Origin: a virus | Length of the DNA stretch: 33,342 nt | Reading direction: 5' to 3' (one strand) | IMG/VR virus record: IMGVR_UViG_3300045988_104900 | Span: 1-33,342 of that record | Shown here: in pieces, positions 25,044 through 32,351 of the stretch | How positions within the stretch are numbered: position 1 is the stretch's first letter | Layout: every line of letters starts with the position of its first letter | Made by a program: the position numbers and the translations under genes | Notes under the pieces: generated by a model | Seen by the model: the letters and a program-made list of their open reading frames with translations, nothing else | The model's database searches: none | Told to the model about the DNA's origin: nothing

Positions 25044-26387
25044 TTAGTAGAAAATAACTTTTATATTATAATCACTATCTACGTGTATTTCTTTTATTAA
25101 ATTACGCCAAAAAGTACGCTTGTTTTCTCTATTCATAATATCGTAACCATTTCGCCAACCACTAGATAAAAAAGCCGTCAGAGGAGCTGTATCTATTTTT
25201 TTAGAAGGACATAGTTTTAAGGCTTTTATTTTATTTTCTATTTTTTCATATAGACGGTCATACTCAGCAACAGATATACGTTTTTTCATAAAAATATAAT
25301 TTAAGTTATCTAGCTCAGCACGTAAGGACTTTATTTTTTTATCAGTATTTACACTATTAGTAGGCTCAATAGATTTTATATAAGCTATACGATTTGATAC
25401 TAAAATATCTATATTTTCTAGTAGATATTTTTCTATCAAGTTTTCATTGTAGTTTTTTTTCTCAGTACATAATTTAGAAACATAATGCTTATTACATCGA
25501 TAATAATAGTAATAACTACCTTTATATAGATTATTGCTACCAGCGAGCAAGTTATTACACTTAGGGCAACAAACTAGACCACTAAATATATAAGTAACTT
25601 TTTTATCACTAGCCTTTATATTTTTAGAGATAAGTTCCTGTATTTTATCGAAAGTATCACGATCTATGTATGGATCAACATAATTATTATTACTTCGATA
25701 CGTACCAGTATATATTTCGTTTTTTAATAATTTACTATAGACTTGGTAACTTTTACGTATATCATATTTTTTATTTATTAAATCGGTAACTAAACGGATA
25801 GACTGATATTTTAGAAAGTAATTAAAAATATCTATAACTATAGGAGCTTCGTCTTCGTCTTTAACTAGACGTTTTATACCATTTATAGTAGCTATTTTAT
25901 AACCGAAGGCAGTAACTCCAGATATAACCTGCCCTTCTTTTACTTTATATTCAAATACAGAGCGAATTCGTTCCGACGTTTTTTTAATTTCACGTTCAGC
26001 TAGCGATACCTTTAAATTAAACATAAAAAGCCCGTCGGCATCAGTAGTATTGATATCTTCTTCTTCTATAGCTATCATACTAACATTATTTTTTTGTAAA
26101 GTATCTAGCATTTTATTAGCTTCTAATACATTACGGGAAAACCTATCTAAGCGAGTAAAGACTATAGCATCTATTTTATCTAAGCTATTAAATAGATCCA
26201 GAAGACGAGGGCGTTTCATATTAGAAGCAGTAAAGCCTTCGTCTATATAAATATCTACAAGCTGATAATTTTTCAATTCACAATATTTTTTTATTTTATC
26301 TACCTGAGCTTCTATAGAGTATCCGTACTTTTTTTGTTCTTCGTGAGATACCCTAGCGTATCCGCCTACACGTATAATTTTTTTCAA
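25044..26387 (-). CDS. int: Large serine recombinase (integrase)
   Basis: GGYARVSHEEQ resolvase catalytic motif, recombinase domain, CCPKCN...YYRCNKH zinc ribbon. TTG 26387 lies 8 nt after GGAGG (26400-26396), preferred over the track start 26402. Confidence 0.9.
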   Translation of the reverse strand: MKKIIRVGGYARVSHEEQKKYGYSIEAQVDKIKKYCELKNYQLVDIYIDEGFTASNMKRPRLLDLFNSLDKIDAIVFTRLDRFSRNVLEANKMLDTLQKNNVSMIAIEEEDINTTDADGLFMFNLKVSLAEREIKKTSERIRSVFEYKVKEGQVISGVTAFGYKIATINGIKRLVKDEDEAPIVIDIFNYFLKYQSIRLVTDLINKKYDIRKSYQVYSKLLKNEIYTGTYRSNNNYVDPYIDRDTFDKIQELISKNIKASDKKVTYIFSGLVCCPKCNNLLAGSNNLYKGSYYYYYRCNKHYVSKLCTEKKNYNENLIEKYLLENIDILVSNRIAYIKSIEPTNSVNTDKKIKSLRAELDNLNYIFMKKRISVAEYDRLYEKIENKIKALKLCPSKKIDTAPLTAFLSSGWRNGYDIMNRENKRTFWRNLIKEIHVDSDYNIKVIFY

Positions 26388-26463
26388 AAAGAAAACCTCC
26401 AATGTTTACAAATAGAAAATAAAGTACATAATATTACTAACTTTTTAGAAAGGAGTAATAAAA

Positions 26464-26574
26464 ATGGACGTAAATAATTTTTATAAATTGCTATACGAAC
26501 TTATAGCGGAGCAGGAACAGGTTAAAATTGAGTATGAAATAGTTAAAAGTAGCGAAATAGTTTCAAATAGCTAA
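26464..26574 (+). CDS. Hypothetical 36-aa acidic protein between integrase and repressor
   Basis: ATG 8 nt after AAAGGAG (26449-55). MDVNNFYKLLYELIAEQEQVKIEYEIVKSSEIVSNS. Overlaps the repressor 3' end convergently. Confidence 0.3.
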   Translation: MDVNNFYKLLYELIAEQEQVKIEYEIVKSSEIVSNS

Positions 26575-26909
26575 TCTTCTATGCTATCTAGATATATTTT
26601 CATAATTTTACGATAAAGTTCTTCTTTTTTCTCAGTAGGAAGATCACTATTAAATAGGGCATCTATACGAGAAATAATATCTACTGCGTCGTCAAAGTTA
26701 TTAGTTTCAATACCGAAATAACTTATATCTATTTCGAACACTTCGCAGAAGCGTTTTAAAGTATTAAGAGTGAGACTACGTTTACCAGCTTCTATATTAC
26801 AAATAGCAGGACGAGACATACCCACTTTATCCGCTAATTCGTACTGCTTCCAGCCACGACGTATACGCAGTTCTCTTATTTGTCTACCTATTCGCTTATG
26901 ATTTATCAT
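26571..26909 (-). CDS. cI-like repressor (XRE-family HTH)
   Basis: ATG 26909 lies 7 nt after GGAGG. IGRQIRELRIRRGWKQYELADKVGMSRPAICNIEAGKR HTH_3 pattern. Divergent from the cro-like gene. Confidence 0.8.
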   Translation of the reverse strand: MINHKRIGRQIRELRIRRGWKQYELADKVGMSRPAICNIEAGKRSLTLNTLKRFCEVFEIDISYFGIETNNFDDAVDIISRIDALFNSDLPTEKKEELYRKIMKIYLDSIED

Positions 26910-27017
26910 ATTATAACCTCCAATATTATTATGTAACAATGATACCAAAAAAGTTACATTAAGAAAATAAAAATATGTAAATATAACAATTAATTGCCAA
27001 TATTTAGTAAAAAAATA

Positions 27018-27046
27018 TTGACATAGTGAAAACGGTTTCTTATAAT
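27018..27046 (+). promoter_or_regulatory. Consensus early rightward promoter (TTGACA, 17-nt spacer, TATAAT)
   Basis: TTGACA 27018-23, TATAAT 27041-46. GAAAACGGTTTC near-palindrome in the spacer (27028-39). Confidence 0.75.
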
Positions 27047-27068
27047 GAAAATAGAAAGGAGTAGCAAA

Positions 27069-27275
27069 ATGAAACGATTTAATTTAAAAAGTTTCCGAGA
27101 GAAACAGGGCTTAACTCAACAAGAAATGGCGGATAAACTAGGAATATCTAAAAGTTATTACGTAGATATAGAACTAGGAAACTCTAACCCTTCATTTAGA
27201 GTAGCAGAAGCATTATATAATAACTTCCACGATAAATACGAAGACATATTCGAACTATTAAAAAAAGGAGTTTAA
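27069..27275 (+). CDS. Cro-like XRE-family HTH regulator
   Basis: ATG 27069 lies 7 nt after GAAAGGAG. LKSFREKQGLTQQEMADKLGISKSYYVDIELG HTH pattern. Confidence 0.8.
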   Translation: MKRFNLKSFREKQGLTQQEMADKLGISKSYYVDIELGNSNPSFRVAEALYNNFHDKYEDIFELLKKGV

Positions 27276-27277
27276 AT

Positions 27278-27409
27278 ATGGAGAAAAAATATCAAGATGC
27301 ACTAATACTACTAAGCGAATTATTAAGTCAAAAAGATAAACAAAAAGAAATAGAAGCATTAGAAAGAGAAATTAAAGAATTAGAGAATTATAGAAAAGAG
27401 GAAATTTAA
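27278..27409 (+). CDS. Hypothetical 43-aa coiled-coil protein
   Basis: ATG after AAGGAG. TAATG overlap with the next gene. Confidence 0.5.
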   Translation: MEKKYQDALILLSELLSQKDKQKEIEALEREIKELENYRKEEI

Positions 27410-28224
27410 TGAAAGAAGATATAAAAGTAAGTTACGAGCAAATAAAAAAAGCAAATGAAGAAATAGAAACGATAAAATTGGGTACTAAAGGATACGCTCA
27501 GGTAAATGAGAGAATAAAGGCCTATAGAAAAGTTTATCCTACAGGATCAATAATTACACAGATAGAAGAAATAAGAGACGACTACGTAAGAGTAAGAGCA
27601 GAAATAAGAAACGAGCTAAGCGAAATTATAGCAACAGGAACAGCTAGCGAGATGCTAACAGGAGATAGTAAAAAAGACTATATAAATAAAACGTCAATGA
27701 TAGAGAACTGCGAAACGTCAGCAGTAGGTAGAGCTTTAGGCTTTGCAGGTTTCGGAGTAGATACAGCTATAGCAAGTGCAGAAGATATAGAACGATCTAA
27801 GCAAAAAAATAAGACCTTTGAAATTTATAATAATATGTTTATTAGAGACGAGGAAGCTAAATACGTAATAAAAGTGGTAATCGGAGATTTAATGCGAAAA
27901 ATGGGAGTAGTAAAAGCAGGACTAAGTGACGTAGTAGAAAAAGAACTATGGACTTCTTTAGAAGAAATGACTACACACCAGCTATTAAAGTTAGAAGGTA
28001 AATTAAAGACTTTAAATATGGAAACTAATAGCTGGCACGACTTATATAACGAAAATGTAAAAATAAAAGACGTAGTACCAAAAGGACAAGAAGTAGTATA
28101 CGAGAGTAGCTGGTATAAGTTCGGTAAAATGGCACTAGAGCAAGCAGGAACGGACGAATTATTAAGAAATGATATTATAAATAGTTATATTGATATGGGA
28201 ATTAATTTAGAAGACAAAAAATAG
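27409..28224 (+). CDS. Putative single-strand annealing protein (Rad52/Sak-like), weak call
   Basis: ENCETSAVGRALGFAGFG resembles the helix plus G-x-G motif of Rad52-like phage SSAPs (recollection). Early recombination-module position near SSB. Confidence 0.4.
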   Translation: MKEDIKVSYEQIKKANEEIETIKLGTKGYAQVNERIKAYRKVYPTGSIITQIEEIRDDYVRVRAEIRNELSEIIATGTASEMLTGDSKKDYINKTSMIENCETSAVGRALGFAGFGVDTAIASAEDIERSKQKNKTFEIYNNMFIRDEEAKYVIKVVIGDLMRKMGVVKAGLSDVVEKELWTSLEEMTTHQLLKLEGKLKTLNMETNSWHDLYNENVKIKDVVPKGQEVVYESSWYKFGKMALEQAGTDELLRNDIINSYIDMGINLEDKK

Positions 28225-28232
28225 GAGGATAT

Positions 28233-28502
28233 ATGAAAGTAACTGGAGATAACTACGACATATTAAAAAAAGCGTCAGATATAACGCTAGTAGACTATGA
28301 GATAAAATGGTTTGATGCAGAAAACTTCGACGGATATATAGATAGTGACGGTTTGCTATCAATGATAGAAGACTTAATAGTAGAATATAACCATAAAGAA
28401 GAAGAATTAGAAGATTTAAAGCAAGATCTAGAAGACAATTACGTACCTAGAAGAATTGATCCGTACGAAGAATACGGAGTATCAAGAAATGATTTTTTTT
28501 AG
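28233..28502 (+). CDS. Strongly acidic 89-aa protein
   Basis: SD TAGGAGGA. Hand count gives 25 D/E against 9 K/R. Confidence 0.65.
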   Translation: MKVTGDNYDILKKASDITLVDYEIKWFDAENFDGYIDSDGLLSMIEDLIVEYNHKEEELEDLKQDLEDNYVPRRIDPYEEYGVSRNDFF

Positions 28503-28511
28503 GAGGATAAT

Positions 28512-28673
28512 ATGAAAAAAATAATGATAGAACTAGATACAAATTACTATATTCAGACAGATATAAGGTATAAAACACTAGTAAATTATTTAAAAGAAGC
28601 GATCCAGAAAGAAACATATATAAATAGCGACGAGATCAAAAAAATATTAAAAGCACTAGAGGAGGTAGAGTAA
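28512..28673 (+). CDS. Hypothetical 53-aa protein
   Basis: ATG 28512 after AGGAGGA. TAATG overlap downstream. Confidence 0.5.
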   Translation: MKKIMIELDTNYYIQTDIRYKTLVNYLKEAIQKETYINSDEIKKILKALEEVE

Positions 28674-28753
28674 TGAAAGCAATTATAATTACTACGATTA
28701 TATGCGTAACTTTGATAATTTTATCAGTACTAAGTAAAAGAGGAGGTAAATAA
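28673..28753 (+). CDS. Hypothetical 26-aa membrane peptide (MKAIIITTIICVTLIILSVLSKRGGK)
   Basis: Translationally coupled. Single hydrophobic helix. Confidence 0.4.
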   Translation: MKAIIITTIICVTLIILSVLSKRGGK

Positions 28754-29281
28754 GTGAATAGTGAAGTAGAAATATGGAGAGATATAAAAGGCTATGAAGG
28801 ACTTTATCAAGTATCTAATATAGGTAGGATAAAAAGTTTATATGGCTGGAATGGAAAAGAGCATATAAAAAGAGAAAGAATATTAAACCCATATAAGAGA
28901 AAAGATAAAAGAACGACTTATCCAAGATCAGTTATAAAACTTGTTAAGGGAGATATAAAAAAAGAATACAAAGTACATAGACTAGTAGCCGAAGCGTTTA
29001 TATCTAACCCAGAAAAAAAACCGCAAGTAAACCATATAGACGGAAACCCATTAAACAATAATGTAAGTAATTTAGAATGGACTACAGATAGAGAAAATAA
29101 GGTACACGCAATAGAAAACAATTTAAAAATAAATACAATAAATACAATAGATAGAGAAACAATGCTAGAACTATTAAATAATGGCAAAAGTTATGACGAA
29201 ATAGCAAAATTATTAGGGATAGCAAAAGGAACGGTATTTAATTATATAAGAAAGTTTCAAATAAAAAAAATATATGTATAG
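28754..29281 (+). CDS. Free-standing HNH homing endonuclease (NUMOD4 plus HNH_3 plus C-terminal HTH)
   Basis: EIWRDIKGYEGLYQVSNIGRIKS, HRLVAEAFISNP...NHIDGNPLNNNVSNLEW, C-terminus SYDEIAKLLGIAKGTVFNYI. About 41 nt are near-identical to 4548-4588. Confidence 0.85.
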   Translation: MNSEVEIWRDIKGYEGLYQVSNIGRIKSLYGWNGKEHIKRERILNPYKRKDKRTTYPRSVIKLVKGDIKKEYKVHRLVAEAFISNPEKKPQVNHIDGNPLNNNVSNLEWTTDRENKVHAIENNLKINTINTIDRETMLELLNNGKSYDEIAKLLGIAKGTVFNYIRKFQIKKIYV

Positions 29282-29293
29282 GAGGAATGACTT

Positions 29294-29698
29294 ATCAATA
29301 AATGTATTATAACAGGGCGTATAGCTAACGATTTAGAACTAAAACAAACAACTACAGGTAAAAGTATATGTGACTTTAGAATAGCAACCAATAGACCAGT
29401 ATTAAGAGACGGAGTAAGAGTAGCAGACTTTATAAATTGTAGAGTATGGAATAAAACAGCCGAAAACTTAGTAAAGTACCAAACTAAAGGAAATTTAATA
29501 ACAGTAAGTGGAAGAATGCAAGTAGACGTATATCAAGATAACGAAGGCAAAAATAAATATAATACTTACATATTAGTAGAAGAATTAGAATTTTTAGAAA
29601 GTAGAAAAAAAGAAGAAGATAACGAATTTAAAGATTTTAAAATAAATACAGAAGTACAACAACAATTCGACTACGATAGTTCAGATTTACCATTTTAG
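29294..29698 (+). CDS. ssb: Single-stranded DNA-binding protein; start codon uncertain (ATC 29294 proposed)
   Basis: Frame is open from 29291. INKCIITGRIANDLELKQTTTGKSICDFRIATNRP...DFINCRVWNKTAENL... OB fold and C-terminal SSDLPF tip. No ATG/GTG/TTG in frame before 29516. ATC lies 8 nt after GGAGG 29281-85. Confidence 0.8.
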   Translation: MNKCIITGRIANDLELKQTTTGKSICDFRIATNRPVLRDGVRVADFINCRVWNKTAENLVKYQTKGNLITVSGRMQVDVYQDNEGKNKYNTYILVEELEFLESRKKEEDNEFKDFKINTEVQQQFDYDSSDLPF

Positions 29699-29707
29699 GA
29701 GGTAGTT

Positions 29708-30043
29708 ATGGACTTATTGAATGAATTAGAAATGAAAATACAAGAACTTGAAGTAAGTATCAGGTCATTAAGAAAAACGGGGCAAAATTACGCCGAAGCC
29801 GAAAGAGAATATAAGATACTATTAAGACAGGAAGTATTAAAGTTAAGGGACGAAGGTCAAGCAATAGGGGTAATAAGTTTAATATGCTATGGTATTCCGT
29901 CAGTAGCAGAAGCAAGATTTAAAAGAGATACAGCCGAAGCCATTTATAAAGCTAATCTAGAAGCAATAAATAGTATTAAGTTACAACTAAGATTATTAGA
30001 AAACCAGATCCAGAGGGAATATGGTACGCAAATATCACAATAA
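29708..30043 (+). CDS. Hypothetical coiled-coil protein
   Basis: SD TAGGAGG. 111 aa. Confidence 0.65.
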   Translation: MDLLNELEMKIQELEVSIRSLRKTGQNYAEAEREYKILLRQEVLKLRDEGQAIGVISLICYGIPSVAEARFKRDTAEAIYKANLEAINSIKLQLRLLENQIQREYGTQISQ

Positions 30044-30353
30044 GAAAGTAGAATATGACGGCTATACCTTCGATAGCATCAGAGAAAAGAATTACTATAT
30101 AAAATTAAAACTTCTAGAGAAAGCAGAAAAAATAAAAGAACTGGAGCTACAAAAAGAGTACGAACTCCAGCCAAGTTTTAAACTAAACAATAAAACAAGC
30201 CGAAAAATAACGTATAGGGCAGACTTTACGTACAAAACAACCGAAGACGATAAATTACACGTAATCGACGTAAAAGGCTTTAGAACAGACGTTTATAGGC
30301 TTAAAAAGAAGCTATTTGAATATAAATACAAGATAGAAATAGAAGAAATATAG
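30021..30353 (+). CDS. DUF1064-family putative nuclease/resolvase
   Basis: KYHNKKVEYDGYTFDSIREKNYY..LKLLEKAEKIKELELQ...YRADFTY...VIDVKG pattern (recollection of PF06356). Confidence 0.6.
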   Translation: MVRKYHNKKVEYDGYTFDSIREKNYYIKLKLLEKAEKIKELELQKEYELQPSFKLNNKTSRKITYRADFTYKTTEDDKLHVIDVKGFRTDVYRLKKKLFEYKYKIEIEEI

Positions 30354-30361
30354 GAGCAAAT

Positions 30362-30514
30362 ATGAAAAGAATACTAAAAAATAAATATTTTATCAGTATA
30401 TTAGCTTTTATAGTAAGTATGGCACTAGTAGTATACGGAGTAGGCCATAGGTATTACTGCTTCGAAAATGACGCTAGGATAATATGCGTCTGGAAAAGTG
30501 CCGTAAATGGATAA
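30362..30514 (+). CDS. Hypothetical 50-aa membrane protein
   Basis: ATG after TAGGAG. TM segment FISILAFIVSMALVVYGV. Confidence 0.5.
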   Translation: MKRILKNKYFISILAFIVSMALVVYGVGHRYYCFENDARIICVWKSAVNG

Positions 30515-30535
30515 AAATAAAAAGGAAGTGTAAGA

Positions 30536-30886
30536 ATGAAAAAATTAGAAACTATCGAAAATGAAGTAAAGAAGATCCTAGAGAAAGAGCCACTAGCAAG
30601 AAAAGACGATATGTACCTATACTATATCTACTGTACTAAATATGGAGTGCTAAATAGTAAAGCATTCGTACAGCTATTTTATAGCAAGAACTTTAGAAAA
30701 GAGTACAATATACCAGTATTCGAGAGCGTATCTAGATCAAGAAGAAAACTACAACAAGAATACGAATATTTAAGACCAGAAAAAAACGTACAAGATGCAA
30801 GAATTAATAAAGAAGCCGACTATATCAGATATGCTATAGACGATAATAGAAGTTCTAACTTTAAGAAGCTAATTAATCAGGACTAA
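30536..30886 (+). CDS. Hypothetical protein
   Basis: SD AAAGGAAG. 116 aa. Confidence 0.65.
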   Translation: MKKLETIENEVKKILEKEPLARKDDMYLYYIYCTKYGVLNSKAFVQLFYSKNFRKEYNIPVFESVSRSRRKLQQEYEYLRPEKNVQDARINKEADYIRYAIDDNRSSNFKKLINQD

Positions 30887-30889
30887 AAG

Positions 30890-30904
30890 GTTTCAAAAAG
30901 AAAA
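30890..30904 (+). repeat. Intergenic motif copy GTTTCAAAAAGAAAA
   Basis: Exact 15-mer. Its last A is the A of ATG 30904. Confidence 0.6.
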
Positions 30905-31149
30905 TGAATAAAGCAGAAAAAGAAGTATATCAGAAGACTATAGAGCTATATAACGGACGCTGTGCTATATGTGGTAACCCTAATATAGCTATGCATCATA
31001 TTAGATACGGAGGACTACAGGGAGGACGTAAAACATACTTAGGAAATGTTATACCATTATGCGAAAGACACCATAGGCTAGTACATACAAACAAAAAAAA
31101 GTATATGCCTATACTAATAGATATGATAGATAGGAAAATTTTAGGATAA
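30904..31149 (+). CDS. Small HNH-motif nuclease-like protein
   Basis: CAICG...HHIRY...NVIPLCERHHRLVH. No obvious SD. Confidence 0.6.
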   Translation: MNKAEKEVYQKTIELYNGRCAICGNPNIAMHHIRYGGLQGGRKTYLGNVIPLCERHHRLVHTNKKKYMPILIDMIDRKILG

Positions 31150-31196
31150 AAATTATCAAAGAGATAATAAAATTATAAAGAAATTATAAAAAGTAA

Positions 31197-31226
31197 GTGA
31201 CATTATTCGACATAGCGTGCTATAAT
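31197..31226 (+). promoter_or_regulatory. Promoter for the replication operon (GTGACA, 18-nt spacer, TATAAT, with TGc extended -10)
   Basis: GTGACA 31197-202, TGcTATAAT 31218-26. Confidence 0.6.
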
Positions 31227-31230
31227 CAAA

Positions 31231-31289
31231 TTAGGTTAAGACATTAAGAAGATTATATAGAGTGTATCTATGGTAATGTCTTAACCTAA
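31231..31289 (+). promoter_or_regulatory. 16-bp perfect stem-loop in the 5' leader of the replication initiator gene
   Basis: ttaggttaagacatta (31231-46) pairs with taatgtcttaacctaa (31274-89), 27-nt loop. The loop 5' half can pair with 31307-20. Confidence 0.6.
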
Positions 31290-31347
31290 AAAACCAAAGG
31301 TACATTCTATATAGTCTTCTTTTTGTATAACAATAAGGAGGCACGAA

Positions 31348-32097
31348 ATGAAAGAAAGCAAAGTAAAAGACGAAAATTACATTAATATTCAGGGGTTTAT
31401 GGTTACTAAATTAGGGCTAAAAGGAAACGAGCTACTAATATATGCGATAATTTACGGTTTTTCTCAGACAGAAGACCAAGTATTCAACGGATCATTACAA
31501 TACCTAGCCGACTGGACTAATTCCACGAAGCAGGGCGTAACTAAAAACTTAAAGTCATTAGTAGATAAAGGCTATATAGTAAAAGAAGATAAATATATTA
31601 ATAGCGTAAAGTTTTGTGAATACTATACAACAAAGTTAGATACGGTATTAAACAAAGTTGCATACCCTATGCAACAAAGTTTAACAGGGTATGCAACAAA
31701 GTTTAATAGGGGTATGCAACAAAGTTTAACTAATAATCTAAATAATAATATAAATAATAAACTAAATAATATTATAGAATTAAAAGATAGTATACCGTAT
31801 GAAGAAATTACAAAATATCTAAATGAAGTAGCAGGAACTAATTACAGAGCATCTAGCAAAAAAACTCAGCAACTAATAAAAGCTAGAATAAATGAAGGCT
31901 TTACATTAGAGGACTTTAGAGTAGTAATAGAGAAGAAAACTAGAGAATGGATAAACGATAATAAAATGAAGGCATATCTAAGACCAGAAACGTTATTCGG
32001 TACAAAGTTCGAAGGATACTTAAATCAACCAGTAAAAGAACTTACTACTAAAGATCTGACACCATATACAGACTTTAGCGAGTTTTATACGAACTAA
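31348..32097 (+). CDS. Replication initiator / replisome organizer (N-terminal winged HTH, phage Phg_2220_C-like C-terminus)
   Basis: SD AAGGAGG. C-terminus IPYEEITKYLNEVAGTNYRASSKKTQQLIKARINEGFTLEDFRVVIEKKTREW...LRPETLFGTKFEGYL (recollection). Internal iterons. Confidence 0.7.
   Translation: MKESKVKDENYINIQGFMVTKLGLKGNELLIYAIIYGFSQTEDQVFNGSLQYLADWTNSTKQGVTKNLKSLVDKGYIVKEDKYINSVKFCEYYTTKLDTVLNKVAYPMQQSLTGYATKFNRGMQQSLTNNLNNNINNKLNNIIELKDSIPYEEITKYLNEVAGTNYRASSKKTQQLIKARINEGFTLEDFRVVIEKKTREWINDNKMKAYLRPETLFGTKFEGYLNQPVKELTTKDLTPYTDFSEFYTN
31627..31729. repeat. Iteron array (candidate origin) inside the initiator gene
   Basis: AACAAAGTT core five times, at 31631, 31653, 31675, 31697 and 31720 (22-23 bp phasing). 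TATGCAACAAAGTTTAA three times (31668, 31690, 31713). Palindrome gttgcata-ccc-tatgcaac at 31657-75. Confidence 0.7.
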
Positions 32098-32100
32098 GAG

Positions 32101-32115
32101 GTTTCAAAGAGAAAA
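32101..32115 (+). repeat. Intergenic motif copy (GTTTCAAAgAGAAAA)
   Basis: One mismatch to the consensus. Begins 4 nt after the initiator stop. Confidence 0.5.
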
Positions 32116-32127
32116 GGAGAAAAGAAT

Positions 32128-32346
32128 ATGAAATTAATAGACTTACTAAATAAAATTGCAAATAATGAGGAACTACCTAAAAAGATATATTTTTATGACG
32201 ATTTATTCGAACTACACCAAGTAGAGCAATACGGAGAAATTTATACAGATTATAAGTGCGTAAATGAAGGCACAATGCTATTTAAAGACGAGATTATTAA
32301 AATAACTATGTTATTAAATGAAAAAGTAGTAGTAGAGGGAGAATAA
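32128..32346 (+). CDS. Hypothetical protein
   Basis: SD AAAGGAGAAA. 72 aa. Confidence 0.65.
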   Translation: MKLIDLLNKIANNEELPKKIYFYDDLFELHQVEQYGEIYTDYKCVNEGTMLFKDEIIKITMLLNEKVVVEGE

Positions 32347-32351
32347 AGAAT

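Noticed and set aside
26381-26395. Seventh copy of the motif (TTTTCAAAAAGAAAA) overlapping the integrase start
   Set aside because: On the integrase coding strand this is simply the SD-spacer-TTG-Lys-Lys region (GGAGGTTTTCTTTTTGAAAAAA). The orientation relative to the gene is opposite to the other copies, so it is probably coincidental.
336-29187. Remaining ORFs antisense to annotated genes: on the - strand 336..518, 2484..2747, 3654..3854, 4391..4591, 5623..5901, 6410..6631, 7047..7295, 8636..8830, 9663..9956, 11071..11265, 13349..13585, 13873..14154, 16504..16716, 17473..17778, 18465..18722, 22442..22633 and 28918..29187, and on the + strand 26050..26250
   Set aside because: Each lies antisense within a well-supported gene, lacks an SD, and has a low-complexity Leu/Ser/Phe/Ile-rich translation typical of shadows of A-rich coding strands.
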